Assembly (NCBI GenBank): GCA_964533425.1 | Contig: CAZHJG010000002.1 | Span: 1-48,912 of the forward strand | Direction of reading: 5' to 3' | Length of the DNA stretch: 48,912 nt | From: an uncultured Candidatus Saccharibacteria bacterium | Lineage (GTDB): Bacteria; Patescibacteriota; Saccharimonadia; Saccharimonadales; UBA4665 | Part shown: positions 23,398-32,571 of the stretch, piece after piece | Layout of the letters: the number at the start of each line of letters is the position of its first letter | Numbering within the stretch: position 1 is the first letter of the stretch | Made by a program: the position numbers and the translations under genes | Notes under the pieces: model-generated | Told to the model about the DNA's origin: nothing | What the model saw: the letters and a program-made list of their open reading frames with translations, nothing else | Database searches by the model: none

Positions 23398-23437
23398 GCT
23401 CACTAGCTGCCCAGCTCACTCTGTTACAATAGAGGCA

Positions 23438-24250
23438 ATGAAATTACTGAACGGCAGTGAATTGGCTGGATTTATTAAAGAACGTCAGGCGCACCAGGTA
23501 CGGGGTTTGCGGCAGGCACATGGCGTGCAACCCAAGCTGGCAATTGTAGTGACCATCGACAATCCGGTTATTGATGTTTATATTCGTCTCAAAGAACAAT
23601 ATGGGGCAGACATATTGGTAGAGGTGGAAGTGCACCGGGTCAGGCAAACAGAGGTAGCGGAATTACTTAACAAGTTAAATAAAGATGAGACAGTTCACGG
23701 AATTATCGTTCAGCTGCCGCTAGAAAATCCTGAGCAAACCGACGAAATCGTAAACCTTGTAACCCCGGAAAAAGACGTTGATGCGCTTGGCCAAAAGGCT
23801 CAGTTTGAGCCGGCCACTCCCATGGCCATTTTGTGGTTGCTTTCGGGTTATAACGTCGAGCTATCTGGCCGAAAAGTACTGCTCGTAGGCCGCGGTAAAC
23901 TGGTCGGTGCACCGCTTGAAAAGATTCTTAAGGACTCGGAAGTGGACGTCGATGTCGCCGATCGCAGCACGCCCGATCTGGCCACCAAAACCCGCGAAGC
24001 TGATATTATTATCACTGCTACCGGCAGCCCGGCCATTTTATATCCCGACATGATAAAAGAAGGCGCGGTGGTCGTTGATGCCGGCGTGGCCAGCGAGGAC
24101 GGCAAGACCGTAGGTGACGTCGCCGAAGAAGTGTACGAGCGCCAGGATCTGACTATTACCCCTCAGAAGGGCGGCGTGGGACCTCTAACAGTTTGCGCCC
24201 TGTTTGAAAATGTCATCCGAGCAGCTCAAGCGGAGGTTTCCGGTGTATAA
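23438..24250 (+). CDS. folD: Bifunctional methylenetetrahydrofolate dehydrogenase/cyclohydrolase
   Basis: I place the start at the Met at 23438 (MKLLNGSELAGFI). Motifs: VHGIIVQLPL, PEKDVDAL, ATPMAI, LLVGRGKLVG, ADIIITATG, GAVVVDAGV, GGVGPLTV. The listed 23312 extension overlaps the previous gene and looks non-coding. Confidence 0.9.
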   Translation: MKLLNGSELAGFIKERQAHQVRGLRQAHGVQPKLAIVVTIDNPVIDVYIRLKEQYGADILVEVEVHRVRQTEVAELLNKLNKDETVHGIIVQLPLENPEQTDEIVNLVTPEKDVDALGQKAQFEPATPMAILWLLSGYNVELSGRKVLLVGRGKLVGAPLEKILKDSEVDVDVADRSTPDLATKTREADIIITATGSPAILYPDMIKEGAVVVDAGVASEDGKTVGDVAEEVYERQDLTITPQKGGVGPLTVCALFENVIRAAQAEVSGV

Positions 24251-24815
24251 AACGGATCGAAAAAGTCTGCATCGGGCGCTGCTCTGGGAAGGTTTTGAGC
24301 TGGTTGATACGCAATTTGCGGGAGGCCAGTCTGCCAATAACAAGCTGCTGCTCGACTACGATAAAGTTAAGCAAAACAAGCGTTTATACTCGTGGGTGCT
24401 TGGAGGATTATGCAATGTTATCGAGCCGTACAAACCTGACTTTGTGGCCGGGATGCCCAATGGGGCAACCGGCTATGCAGAAGCGGTTGGCACAAGACTT
24501 GGGATCGAAGTAGTTCGACTTGCTAAAGTGGAAAAGACTAAGCAAATAGTCTTTGCCTCTGAAGAGGACCGAGAGACGGCTGAGCTTGGTGAGCACGGGG
24601 TAGCAGTGGAAGACGTTATGAATCGGCGAACGACGCTGAAAAAGGGCATTGACCTCTTGGGCGACAAAGTTTTTCTGGCAGTCGGTATCTTTGATCGCGG
24701 TATGCCTGGCGAGTGTCTTGACCTTGGCGTTCCCATCGAAAGCTTGGCTCAAGAACCAATTCCGGCCATGCTACCACGCCGGCACGAATTGAGGCGTTTC
24801 GCGAGAGACGCATGA
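24243..24815 (+). CDS. Phosphoribosyltransferase-family protein (OPRT-like)
   Basis: The PRPP-loop-like motif HGVAVEDVMNRRTT follows FVAGMPNGATGYAEAVG. My preferred start is the GTG at 24243, since GGAGG lies at 24232-24236 with a 6-nt spacer. That start overlaps folD by 8 nt. Alternatives are ATG 24210 or TTG 24204. Confidence 0.65.
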   Translation: MYKTDRKSLHRALLWEGFELVDTQFAGGQSANNKLLLDYDKVKQNKRLYSWVLGGLCNVIEPYKPDFVAGMPNGATGYAEAVGTRLGIEVVRLAKVEKTKQIVFASEEDRETAELGEHGVAVEDVMNRRTTLKKGIDLLGDKVFLAVGIFDRGMPGECLDLGVPIESLAQEPIPAMLPRRHELRRFARDA

Positions 24816-25459
24816 AAATTGGGGTCTTTGACTCGGGTGTTGGCGGTCTGTCAGTGGCCAACGCCATTAGAGTAGCCTTGCCGGAACACGAAGTTATCCT
24901 GAAGGAAGACACCGAGCACGTGCCCTACGGCATCCGTCAGCCTGAAGAAGTCCTGGGCCTTGTGCTGCCAATCTTCCAAGAGCTAGTTAATGAGGGCTGC
25001 CAGCTAATTGTTATTGCTTGTAACACCGTATCAACGACGCTGATCAAGACGCTGAGGGAGCATTTTGACGTCCCGCTGATTGGTCTGGAGCCCATGATTA
25101 AGCCTGCCGCGAAGCTTACAGGTAGTCACGTCATTGCCGTCTGCGCCACGCCGGCTACGCTGAGGAGTAGCCGGTATGAGTGGCTGAAAGCAAAATATGC
25201 CCAAGGCATTACGATCCTGGAACCGGACTGTAGCGACTGGGCATACATGATTGAACACGATCAAATTGATCGGCAAAAAATCGCGGAGCGGGTGAACGAC
25301 GTGCTGCAGCAGGGTGCTGATGTCATCGTGCTCGGCTGCACGCACTATCACTGGATTGAGCAGGAGATCACGGAGCTGGCTGTTGGGAAAGCCCATGTCT
25401 TGCAACCCGAGCAGGCGGTGATCAAGAAGCTGTGGCGAGAGCTTGCACGGCTTGCTTGA
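24812..25459 (+). CDS. murI: Glutamate racemase (short form, 215 aa)
   Basis: KIGVFDSGVGGLSV, IACNTVS, LGCTHYHW. An ATGA start/stop overlap joins it to the upstream gene. Confidence 0.85.
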   Translation: MKIGVFDSGVGGLSVANAIRVALPEHEVILKEDTEHVPYGIRQPEEVLGLVLPIFQELVNEGCQLIVIACNTVSTTLIKTLREHFDVPLIGLEPMIKPAAKLTGSHVIAVCATPATLRSSRYEWLKAKYAQGITILEPDCSDWAYMIEHDQIDRQKIAERVNDVLQQGADVIVLGCTHYHWIEQEITELAVGKAHVLQPEQAVIKKLWRELARLA

Positions 25460-26726
25460 ACTGTTCGCCTCGGTCTTTGTAGTCTTTGAACATATCGAAG
25501 CTGGCGCAAGCGGTGGAGAGCAAAACGACATCGCCACTCTGTGCCACCTGCCGAGCTTTGGCAACGATTTCGGTCATATTACTTCCGCCAGGCTCAAAAT
25601 TGGTAAATTCGGCTTGCTCCAAAGCTGTTTGAATCCGTCCGGCCTGCTCGCCAATCAGGAGTACGCGCCTGACGTTTGAGCCGGCCACCGCTTTTGCCAG
25701 TTCATCGTAATTAGCGCCTTTGTCGGAACCGCCCAGAATCATGACCTTTGGCGCTTCGAAAGCTTGCATGGCCACAACCGCTGTTTCGGGCGTGGTACCG
25801 AAGCTGTCATCGTAGTAGCGCACTCCGTCAACCTCGCCCACAAGCTGGAGCCGGTGCTCCAAGCCGCTGAAGCTGGTGAGCACCTGGCGCAGCGCTGTCA
25901 CATCCTGCGTGACCTGCCAGACTGCCGTCACAGCTGCGCAGACATTTTGCCAATTATGGGCGCCGAGCAGCTTGAGCTCGTCAACCCGGCAAATCTCTTG
26001 ACCGCTTATGCTAATAGCATCGTTGTCAATAATGGCTCCCGGCGGAGCAAAGTAGGGCAGTTTCTGACCGGCGCCGTGACTGGCGATCAGCCGGGATAGT
26101 TCGTTTTCGGCAAAGTAAATTGCTACGTCTTCGGCCGTTTGGCGGGCGAAAAGGTTCGATTTAGCCGTCGTGTAATCGTTGATGTCCGGGTGCCAGTTGA
26201 GGTGCTCGGGCACCACCATGAGGCAGACGCCAATTGGGGGCGAATAGTCTATATCGCTGAGCTGAAAACTGGACAGTTCTAACACGACCCAAGAATCGGG
26301 CTGTAATTCCGTTAAAAAACTCAATGGCGGAATGCCGATATTGCCGCCCAAACGAACATGCTGGCCGGCTGCTTCCAGCATTTTGGCGACTAAGGTCGAA
26401 GTGGTGCCCTTGCCCTTAGTGCCGGTAACACCGATTATTTGTTTGGTCGGACAAACCCGAAAAAATTCATTAATATGGGTGGTAATTTTGGCTTCCAGGC
26501 CAGGATTTTTCTCTAGAATTATTGCCGCCCTCAGACCTGCGGTCCGCACAACTAAGTCGAAGCGGTCGAGGTTATCAATGTACTGTTCGCCGAGCACAGC
26601 TTGCGCACTAGGCGGTATCTCCAGCGCAGTATTTTGATCGCAAATGGTCAGCTCATGACCCTGTGCTGCAAAGTAGTCATAGGATGCCCGGCCGTCAACG
26701 TCGTAACCAACAATGGCGATTTTCAT
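25422..26726 (-). CDS. murD: UDP-N-acetylmuramoylalanine--D-glutamate ligase
   Basis: GVTGTKGKGTTSTL, LGGNIG, VVLELSSFQL, GLEHRLQLV, YDDSFGTTPETA, ILGGSDKG. Its 3' end overlaps the convergent murI by 38 nt. Confidence 0.92.
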   Translation of the reverse strand: MKIAIVGYDVDGRASYDYFAAQGHELTICDQNTALEIPPSAQAVLGEQYIDNLDRFDLVVRTAGLRAAIILEKNPGLEAKITTHINEFFRVCPTKQIIGVTGTKGKGTTSTLVAKMLEAAGQHVRLGGNIGIPPLSFLTELQPDSWVVLELSSFQLSDIDYSPPIGVCLMVVPEHLNWHPDINDYTTAKSNLFARQTAEDVAIYFAENELSRLIASHGAGQKLPYFAPPGAIIDNDAISISGQEICRVDELKLLGAHNWQNVCAAVTAVWQVTQDVTALRQVLTSFSGLEHRLQLVGEVDGVRYYDDSFGTTPETAVVAMQAFEAPKVMILGGSDKGANYDELAKAVAGSNVRRVLLIGEQAGRIQTALEQAEFTNFEPGGSNMTEIVAKARQVAQSGDVVLLSTACASFDMFKDYKDRGEQFKQAVQALATAS

Positions 26727-26787
26727 ATTAATAGTATACTGGCAGCCGCCATTGTCTCAATCACATTGTCACTCGTCGTCCTCCCAT

Positions 26788-26885
26788 TGTCATCCCAAAC
26801 TTGATTTGGGATCCAATCTATTAAGGAGTGGCCTTTAGAGGCCACAGCTTTATTAGGTTTGGATTCCAGCTTGCGCTGGAATGAC
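26788..26885 (+). repeat. 98-bp short variant of the palindromic repeat family, copy C
   Basis: TGTCATCCCAAA-CTTGA-TTTGGGATCCAATCTATTAA..GTGGCC-TTTAGA-GGCCACAGCTTTATTAGGTTTGGATTCCAGC-TTGC-GCTGGAATGAC. Collinear with modules 1-3 of copy B but lacking the inner hairpin and module 4. Confidence 0.9.
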
Positions 26886-26957
26886 GCTAGAAAATGGAAA
26901 TCTGAGGGAGAATAAACGGAATCCCAAAACGAATTCAGGATGATGTGTGAGTGGATC

Positions 26958-27323
26958 TTAGCCCAAGGTTTTCTTAACGACTTCGGCCACCTGGCGCGGT
27001 GTCATATCGGCCTTCAAAATAACAGCGCTAACACCAAGCGATTTAACTTCGTCGGGAATTTCCTGCTCGCCCATATTCGTCAGGATGATAACCTTGATGT
27101 TCTTGCCCCAAGCCTGTTTGCGCAGCTCGGTCAGCATTTGATCACCGGTCATTTCTGGCATCATGAGATCGAGCAGGATGATGTCCGGCTTCATGTTCTC
27201 GCACAGCTCCAGCCCGAGTTTGCCATTTTCGGCCGTTTGGACCTCATAATTTTCGGCCTCGAACTTGAAACGATACATCTGGCTGATGGTCTGGTCGTCT
27301 TCTATGATGGCGATTTTGGGCAT
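26958..27323 (-). CDS. Stand-alone CheY-like receiver domain (response regulator without an output domain)
   Basis: I place the start at the Met at 27323, preceded by AAGGAG. Motifs: MPKIAIIEDD, IILLDLMMPEMTG, VIILTN, ILKAD. The listed upstream 63 codons overlap the divergent promoter region. Confidence 0.85.
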   Translation of the reverse strand: MPKIAIIEDDQTISQMYRFKFEAENYEVQTAENGKLGLELCENMKPDIILLDLMMPEMTGDQMLTELRKQAWGKNIKVIILTNMGEQEIPDEVKSLGVSAVILKADMTPRQVAEVVKKTLG

Positions 27324-27383
27324 AGGGCTCCTTGGTGATCTGCTATAGTTGAGAACAAGTCTTATTATAACGAACAGATCATA

Positions 27384-28271
27384 ATGCATAATACCCTTTT
27401 TATTGCCATTACTGCTGGGCTCGGTGGCATGCTCGGCTGGGGCTTTGCAGACTTTTTTGCTAAATTGACCATTGACCGTATTGGCGATTTGAAAACTTTG
27501 ATCTGGGGACACAGCTTTGGCGCGCTATTTTTCATCATAACGGCGCTTGCGGGACTGGCTACTCATCATTCAGTACCTCTGCCCGCACATCTCTCTGCTT
27601 GGCTCGGCCTGGCTTTCTTTGGCGTTTTACAGATGATTGTTTACTGGCTGGTATATAAAGGCTTTGGCAAAGGACAGCTGGCAGTATTGAATCCGGTGTT
27701 TGCCTCGTTCCCAGGCATCGTCGCCATCGTGTCGATTCTGTTTCTTGGTGAGGCCCTACATCCGGCGCTGGGCCTTGGCTTACTGGCGATGTTTGCCGGC
27801 ATCATGCTATTGAACCTTGATCTACAGGGGTTACGCTCGCGACGGCTTAAGGTCGCACCTGGCCTAAAAGAAGTAGCTCTGGCGGCCTTATTGGCGGCCT
27901 TCTGGACGCTTGGCTGGAACAAGCTGGTGAAGGGCCAAAACCCGCTCAGCTATGCATTGGTGATGTACGTTTTTATGAGTTTGAGCGCTGTTCTGGCAGG
28001 TTTAGTGACTAAGGTACAGTTTGGCGGAGTGGAGAAGAGTTTATGGAAGTTTCTGGCGCTAATCGGTGCTGGAGAGACAATTGCCTACCTAGCCATCACT
28101 TGGGGTTATAGCGCGACAACCAAGACGAGCATAGTGGCGATGATTAGTGGCTCCTTTTCGCTGCCGACGATTTTGCTGGCTCATACTTTTCTTAAAGAAA
28201 GACTCAGCCGATTGCAGATTGCTGGTGTAATCGCTACGATTACTGGTATTGTGATCATTTCTCTGGCGTAA
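27384..28271 (+). CDS. DMT-superfamily (EamA-like) transporter
   Basis: 295 aa with about 10 TM helices arranged as two similar halves. Confidence 0.8.
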   Translation: MHNTLFIAITAGLGGMLGWGFADFFAKLTIDRIGDLKTLIWGHSFGALFFIITALAGLATHHSVPLPAHLSAWLGLAFFGVLQMIVYWLVYKGFGKGQLAVLNPVFASFPGIVAIVSILFLGEALHPALGLGLLAMFAGIMLLNLDLQGLRSRRLKVAPGLKEVALAALLAAFWTLGWNKLVKGQNPLSYALVMYVFMSLSAVLAGLVTKVQFGGVEKSLWKFLALIGAGETIAYLAITWGYSATTKTSIVAMISGSFSLPTILLAHTFLKERLSRLQIAGVIATITGIVIISLA

Positions 28272-28361
28272 ATTCAAAAGCAAACATTAAATTTTTATTA
28301 AATCAATTTTGGTGTTTTAGCAGGGGTTTGCTAAGATAAATTACGTCACCCCAAAACAAAT

Positions 28362-29507
28362 ATGCCAGAACTCACCGCCATCGAAGAAGACATCCTCAAA
28401 AAGGCTCAATTTTTAGGTTACAAGACGCCTTTCTTCTTTACGATGCGCAGCATTCTCAAGAAGAATTATCAGCTATTTACGCATCTCTTTGACGACGCAG
28501 AGGTTTATTATGCATTAAAAGCCAATTCTGACCCCAAAATCCTCACCTATCTGAACGAGCTGGGCTGCGGGTTTGAAGCGGCTTCGGCCTACGAGATTGA
28601 ATTACTTCTGAACGCTGGCGTTGATCCAAGCCGAATTATTTACGGGACGTCTATCAAGCCGGCGGAGCACATCAAGCTGTCGCATAAGGTGGGTGTTGAT
28701 CGTTTTGCCGCCGACTCCAAAGAAGAGATTGAAAAAATTGCTAAGTATGCGCCGGGGGCTAAGGTTTTTGTGCGTACTATCGTTGACGACGCGGGCAGTG
28801 TGTTCATGATGTCCGAGCGCTTTGGCGCACCGGCCGAAACGGTCAAAGAACTGATTCTATATGCCAAGAAACTGAAACTGAAGACCTATGGCATTAGCTT
28901 CTACGTCGGTTCGCAGGCCGCTAACGCCGATATGTGGGCTCGCGGCGTGGCCAGAGTTAAGCCGATCATCGAGTCACTTTACAAAGAAGGCGTGACGCTT
29001 GAGATCCTGAACATCGGTGGCGGTTTTCCGGTACATTACGACAATCACAAGGACGCGCCGGAACTCAGAGAGATTGTTATCAATATCCATAACGCCTTGC
29101 ATGAGTTGCCATACATTCCAAAAGTGATTATGGAGCCAGGCCGTGGTCTGGTGGCCTCATCGACGGTATTGGTAACTGAGATCATTGCGCGTAATGATCG
29201 TGGAGACAAACCATGGCTGTGTCTCGATGCCGGCATTTATAACGCATTGTATGAGGCTATGATTCATCAGGGCGCAACCCGCTTCCCCGTCTACCCGCTT
29301 AATCCACCAACCGAGCCGGCCGAAACGCTATTTTATACCCTAGCCGGGCCGTCAGGTGACAGTTTGGACATCATCGCCCGTGATGTTGAATTACCATCTT
29401 ATCTTGATGTTGGCGACAAGCTACTGTTTGAACATGCCGGTGCTTACACCATTGTTATGGCCAGCCGCTTTAATGGTTTCCCGGCCCCACCGCTTTATAT
29501 TAAGTAG
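28362..29507 (+). CDS. Alanine-racemase-fold (type III) PLP-dependent decarboxylase, ornithine/lysine decarboxylase-like
   Basis: YYALKANSDP (PLP lysine), NIGGGFPV, MEPGRGLVA, CLDAGIYNAL. At 381 aa it is closer to ODC-type than LysA-type length. Confidence 0.8.
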   Translation: MPELTAIEEDILKKAQFLGYKTPFFFTMRSILKKNYQLFTHLFDDAEVYYALKANSDPKILTYLNELGCGFEAASAYEIELLLNAGVDPSRIIYGTSIKPAEHIKLSHKVGVDRFAADSKEEIEKIAKYAPGAKVFVRTIVDDAGSVFMMSERFGAPAETVKELILYAKKLKLKTYGISFYVGSQAANADMWARGVARVKPIIESLYKEGVTLEILNIGGGFPVHYDNHKDAPELREIVINIHNALHELPYIPKVIMEPGRGLVASSTVLVTEIIARNDRGDKPWLCLDAGIYNALYEAMIHQGATRFPVYPLNPPTEPAETLFYTLAGPSGDSLDIIARDVELPSYLDVGDKLLFEHAGAYTIVMASRFNGFPAPPLYIK

Positions 29508-29554
29508 TTTGTGAACTCGTTTGCGATTTTGATGCCGATAGATAAGCTATCGTC

Positions 29555-29760
29555 TCCTGTGTCATCCCAAATTATGTCCTCGACTTGATCGGGGATTAGT
29601 TTGGGATCCAATCTATTAATAAGTGGCCTTATTAGGCCACAGCTTTATTGGTTTGGATTCCAGCCTGCGCTGGAATGACAAGAGGCATAAATTCCAGCTG
29701 GAGTTTACCCCAGTACTGAATCAAGTTCAGTACAGGCTCCGGCTGGGGCTGGGATGACCC
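29555..29760 (+). repeat. 206-bp modular palindromic intergenic repeat, copy B
   Basis: Matches copy A at 205/206 positions. Modules: ATCCCAAA...TTTGGGAT enclosing TCCTCGA-CTTGA-TCGGGGA; GTGGCC-TTATTA-GGCCAC; ATTCCAGC-CTGC-GCTGGAAT; CCAGCTGGAG...CTCCGGCTGG enclosing GTACTGAA-TCAAG-TTCAGTAC. Confidence 0.95.
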
Positions 29761-29840
29761 GAGTTAACGCTGCACTAACTACTCTTGACAAATACCCGTA
29801 AAAGGCTTACGGTTAAGAGTAGTTAAAGACTGGAACAAAA

Positions 29841-30674
29841 ATGCAAAAAATTAACGTCTTTCAGAAACTGGTGGTAGCTTACTTTTTGGCCACAGTCGTG
29901 CTGTGGGCCTGGTTGTTCATCACGCACCATAAGAGTGGCAACGCCAATTACTGGTACTCCTTCTTGTTCGGACTGACGCCGCTTTTCGGCGGTCTTTATG
30001 GCATGTTCACAGCGCAGATCTGGGGCGGGCTGAAGAGTGCGCTGGGCAGGGCGGTATTTTTCTTCTCGCTCGGCTTGTTTTTGTGGGGCTTTGGCGAGAG
30101 CATCTGGTCGTACTATAACTTCTTTAGGCATGTGGCGGCGCCGTATCCTTCGTTGGCCGACATCGGCTTTGCGCCGAGTATCTTCTTCTGGGTGTTGGGT
30201 ATGGCCTTTATGGCCCGGGCTACCGGTGCAATTTTTGTTTTGCGCAAATCACACTGGGCCAAAGCGCTGGCGCTGGCCGTACCCCTCATCCTACTCATTC
30301 CTTCTTACTACGTACAGGTAAAATTGGCGCGCGGCGGTACCTTGATACCAGAACACGAAACGACACTTAAAACCGTGCTGGACATTGCCTATCCGTTTGG
30401 CGATTTCCTAGCGCTGACATTTGCGGTGGTAGTCTTTGCGCTGTCGCATCGCTATCTGGGTGGCTTGTACCGCCGAGCGGTGCTGTGTTTACTGGCCGGT
30501 TTGGCGATCATGTACTGTGCCGACTCAGTTTTTTCCTATACCACGACAAAGAATACGTACTACAACGCTGACTGGGGAGACTTACTACTCGCCCTCGGCC
30601 TGTTTCTGATGACTTTCGGCATCCTGGCCTACGCAACCAAACCGGCACTTCAGCCACTTGAGAAGGTGGAATGA
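29841..30674 (+). CDS. Polytopic membrane protein (about 7-8 TM), hypothetical; possible sensor partner of the downstream kinase
   Basis: 277 aa, hydrophobic throughout, with no soluble domain. It is followed closely by a small gene and a soluble GAF histidine kinase. Confidence 0.7.
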   Translation: MQKINVFQKLVVAYFLATVVLWAWLFITHHKSGNANYWYSFLFGLTPLFGGLYGMFTAQIWGGLKSALGRAVFFFSLGLFLWGFGESIWSYYNFFRHVAAPYPSLADIGFAPSIFFWVLGMAFMARATGAIFVLRKSHWAKALALAVPLILLIPSYYVQVKLARGGTLIPEHETTLKTVLDIAYPFGDFLALTFAVVVFALSHRYLGGLYRRAVLCLLAGLAIMYCADSVFSYTTTKNTYYNADWGDLLLALGLFLMTFGILAYATKPALQPLEKVE

Positions 30675-30675
30675 C

Positions 30676-30954
30676 ATGGATGTATATGCCCAGATAGTCG
30701 TGAAAATTATCAAGGCCCAAGAGGCAATCATTGGTCCAGTGGCAGTTGAGCAGGCCCAGCGAGTGCCGCATCTGAAAATTGACTGGCCGAGTACTCAGGT
30801 AAGTATCGACGGCGACGAAGCCGCCGCGGTTAATGCTTTGGTTAAGGTGTACCAGGAGTTGTTTGGGCAGATTTCGAAAGAGGTTTCCAAAGAGGCCGCC
30901 ACTCCGTTACTCGGGCAACTTCCGGCTGATCACCTGCCCGAGGCCCTCAAATAA
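30676..30954 (+). CDS. Small cytoplasmic hypothetical protein
   Basis: I place the start at the ATG at 30676, 6 nt after AAGGTGG. 92 aa, beginning MDVYAQIVVKIIKAQEAIIGPVAVEQA. Confidence 0.55.
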   Translation: MDVYAQIVVKIIKAQEAIIGPVAVEQAQRVPHLKIDWPSTQVSIDGDEAAAVNALVKVYQELFGQISKEVSKEAATPLLGQLPADHLPEALK

Positions 30955-30975
30955 TGAGCCGAAAGGTGGGTTAGT

Positions 30976-32430
30976 ATGCCTGAAGGTGTCAAAGAGGCCG
31001 AAGAAACGCTGGCTGCCAAGACCGCTAAATTACCCTTTCAGAAGCGTCGCCAGCTGGAACGTGACCTGGAGCACATCACCCAGGAAATGTACCGGCGCAA
31101 TCGTGAGCTGGCCGAGACTAACAAGACGCTGTCGCTGCTCAGAACAATCGATGCGATGGTGCTGGAATCGCATGCCTCGCTGAAGATGGTCTGCGAACAC
31201 ATCACCGAGGCTATTACCCAAGTTACTGATTATGCCTTTGTTGGTTTGTTGACGCGTTCTTCGGGTGGCCATGATAAATTGACGCTCAATGGCTGGAGCG
31301 GCAATTCCTGGCTGGGGAAGCCTGAAGCCTCCCTGGGGTTCAGCCGCCCGATTCACATTGAGCTGGAGCATCCCTGGTTCTCCGGGTTATTGGACACCAA
31401 GATAATTTCGCTGGAAGGTCTGTCTGAAGAAATGTTGGCTGATTTTCTGCGATGTCCGATAAGTGACATTAAGCGTATCAGACGCCAGGTGCCGTTGAAG
31501 TCACTGTACGTGATGAAGCTGCTGGCTCGCCGCCGCTTGGTGGGGATATTGGTGGTCGGATTTTTGAATCCGGCGGATCAGCTCAGCGCGTCCGACACCC
31601 AGCTCATGGATCGTTTATGCGATAGCATTGGAGTAGCGCTGGACAACAAATTGCTGTTTGAGGAAAATCAGTCTGTGCTGCGTCAGCTTCGGGAGTCCAA
31701 CGCCAAGTTGCGTGAGCTCGATGAAGCCAAGGATGACTTCATCAGCATGGCTTCGCACCAGTTGCGCACACCGTTGACCAGCGTAAAAGGCTACCTGAGC
31801 ATGATTCTGGAGGGTGATGTTGGTAAGATTACGCCCACGCAGCGGACCATGCTCAACCAGGCGTTTTTCAGTTCGCAGCGCATGGTGTATCTGATTGCCG
31901 ATCTCCTGAACGTGTCGCGTATCAAAACCGGAAAGTTCTTAATTGAACCATCGCCGGTTGATCTGTCGGCCGTGGTGGAAGAGGAAATCGGTCAACTACA
32001 GGAGATCGCCAAAACCCACTCTCTGAAATTAAAATACAAAAAACCAGCGAAATTCCCGGAGCTGATGCTCGACGAAACCAAAACGCTCCAAGTCATCATG
32101 AATTTTATCGACAACGCCATTTACTACACGCCGGGCGGCGGAACAATTACCGTTTCGTTGGAAGATAAGCCTTCGGTGGTTGAACTGCGAGTTACCGATG
32201 ACGGCATTGGTGTGCCGCGGAGCGAACAGGCGCATTTATTTACCAAGTTTTACCGCGCCGGTAATGCACGCAAAGCCCGCCCATACGGCACGGGACTCGG
32301 TCTGTTCATGGCAAAAAAGGTGATGGTAGCTCAAGGCGGCTCGCTTATTTTTGAAAGTAAAGAGAATAAGGGCAGCACCTTCGGCTTCGTCCTGAGCAAA
32401 ACCAAGTTGGCGGTTAAGCCTGCTGCGTAA
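30976..32430 (+). CDS. Soluble sensor histidine kinase (coiled coil + GAF-like + HisKA + HATPase_c)
   Basis: H box SMASHQLRTPLTSVKGYLSM, N box NFIDNAIYYTP, DDGIGV, GTGLGLFMAKKV. No TM segment. SD AAGGTGG. Confidence 0.9.
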   Translation: MPEGVKEAEETLAAKTAKLPFQKRRQLERDLEHITQEMYRRNRELAETNKTLSLLRTIDAMVLESHASLKMVCEHITEAITQVTDYAFVGLLTRSSGGHDKLTLNGWSGNSWLGKPEASLGFSRPIHIELEHPWFSGLLDTKIISLEGLSEEMLADFLRCPISDIKRIRRQVPLKSLYVMKLLARRRLVGILVVGFLNPADQLSASDTQLMDRLCDSIGVALDNKLLFEENQSVLRQLRESNAKLRELDEAKDDFISMASHQLRTPLTSVKGYLSMILEGDVGKITPTQRTMLNQAFFSSQRMVYLIADLLNVSRIKTGKFLIEPSPVDLSAVVEEEIGQLQEIAKTHSLKLKYKKPAKFPELMLDETKTLQVIMNFIDNAIYYTPGGGTITVSLEDKPSVVELRVTDDGIGVPRSEQAHLFTKFYRAGNARKARPYGTGLGLFMAKKVMVAQGGSLIFESKENKGSTFGFVLSKTKLAVKPAA

Positions 32431-32571
32431 GAAATTTCGCTGACGTCAAACGCTATATTGCGCCACTCTTAATAGTGAAAAGCAAAAACTCCCGACTGTG
32501 TGGTTATGACCCCTGTTACGACCGTGCGGTTCACTATACCAATTACTAACTATTCAGAGAGGCAGGTGGAG

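Noticed and set aside
25031-26099. The ORFs 25031..25564 (minus), 25443..25679 (plus) and 25764..26099 (plus), which overlap murI and murD.
   Set aside because: They are embedded in strongly supported murI and murD frames and carry no motifs of their own.
17564-29760. The two inverted 206-bp repeats as ends of a composite transposon or genomic island.
   Set aside because: There is no transposase, integrase or recombinase between them. The content is core metabolism and cell-wall genes (folD, murI, murD). Related shorter copies occur elsewhere. Independent MITE-like insertions are more likely.
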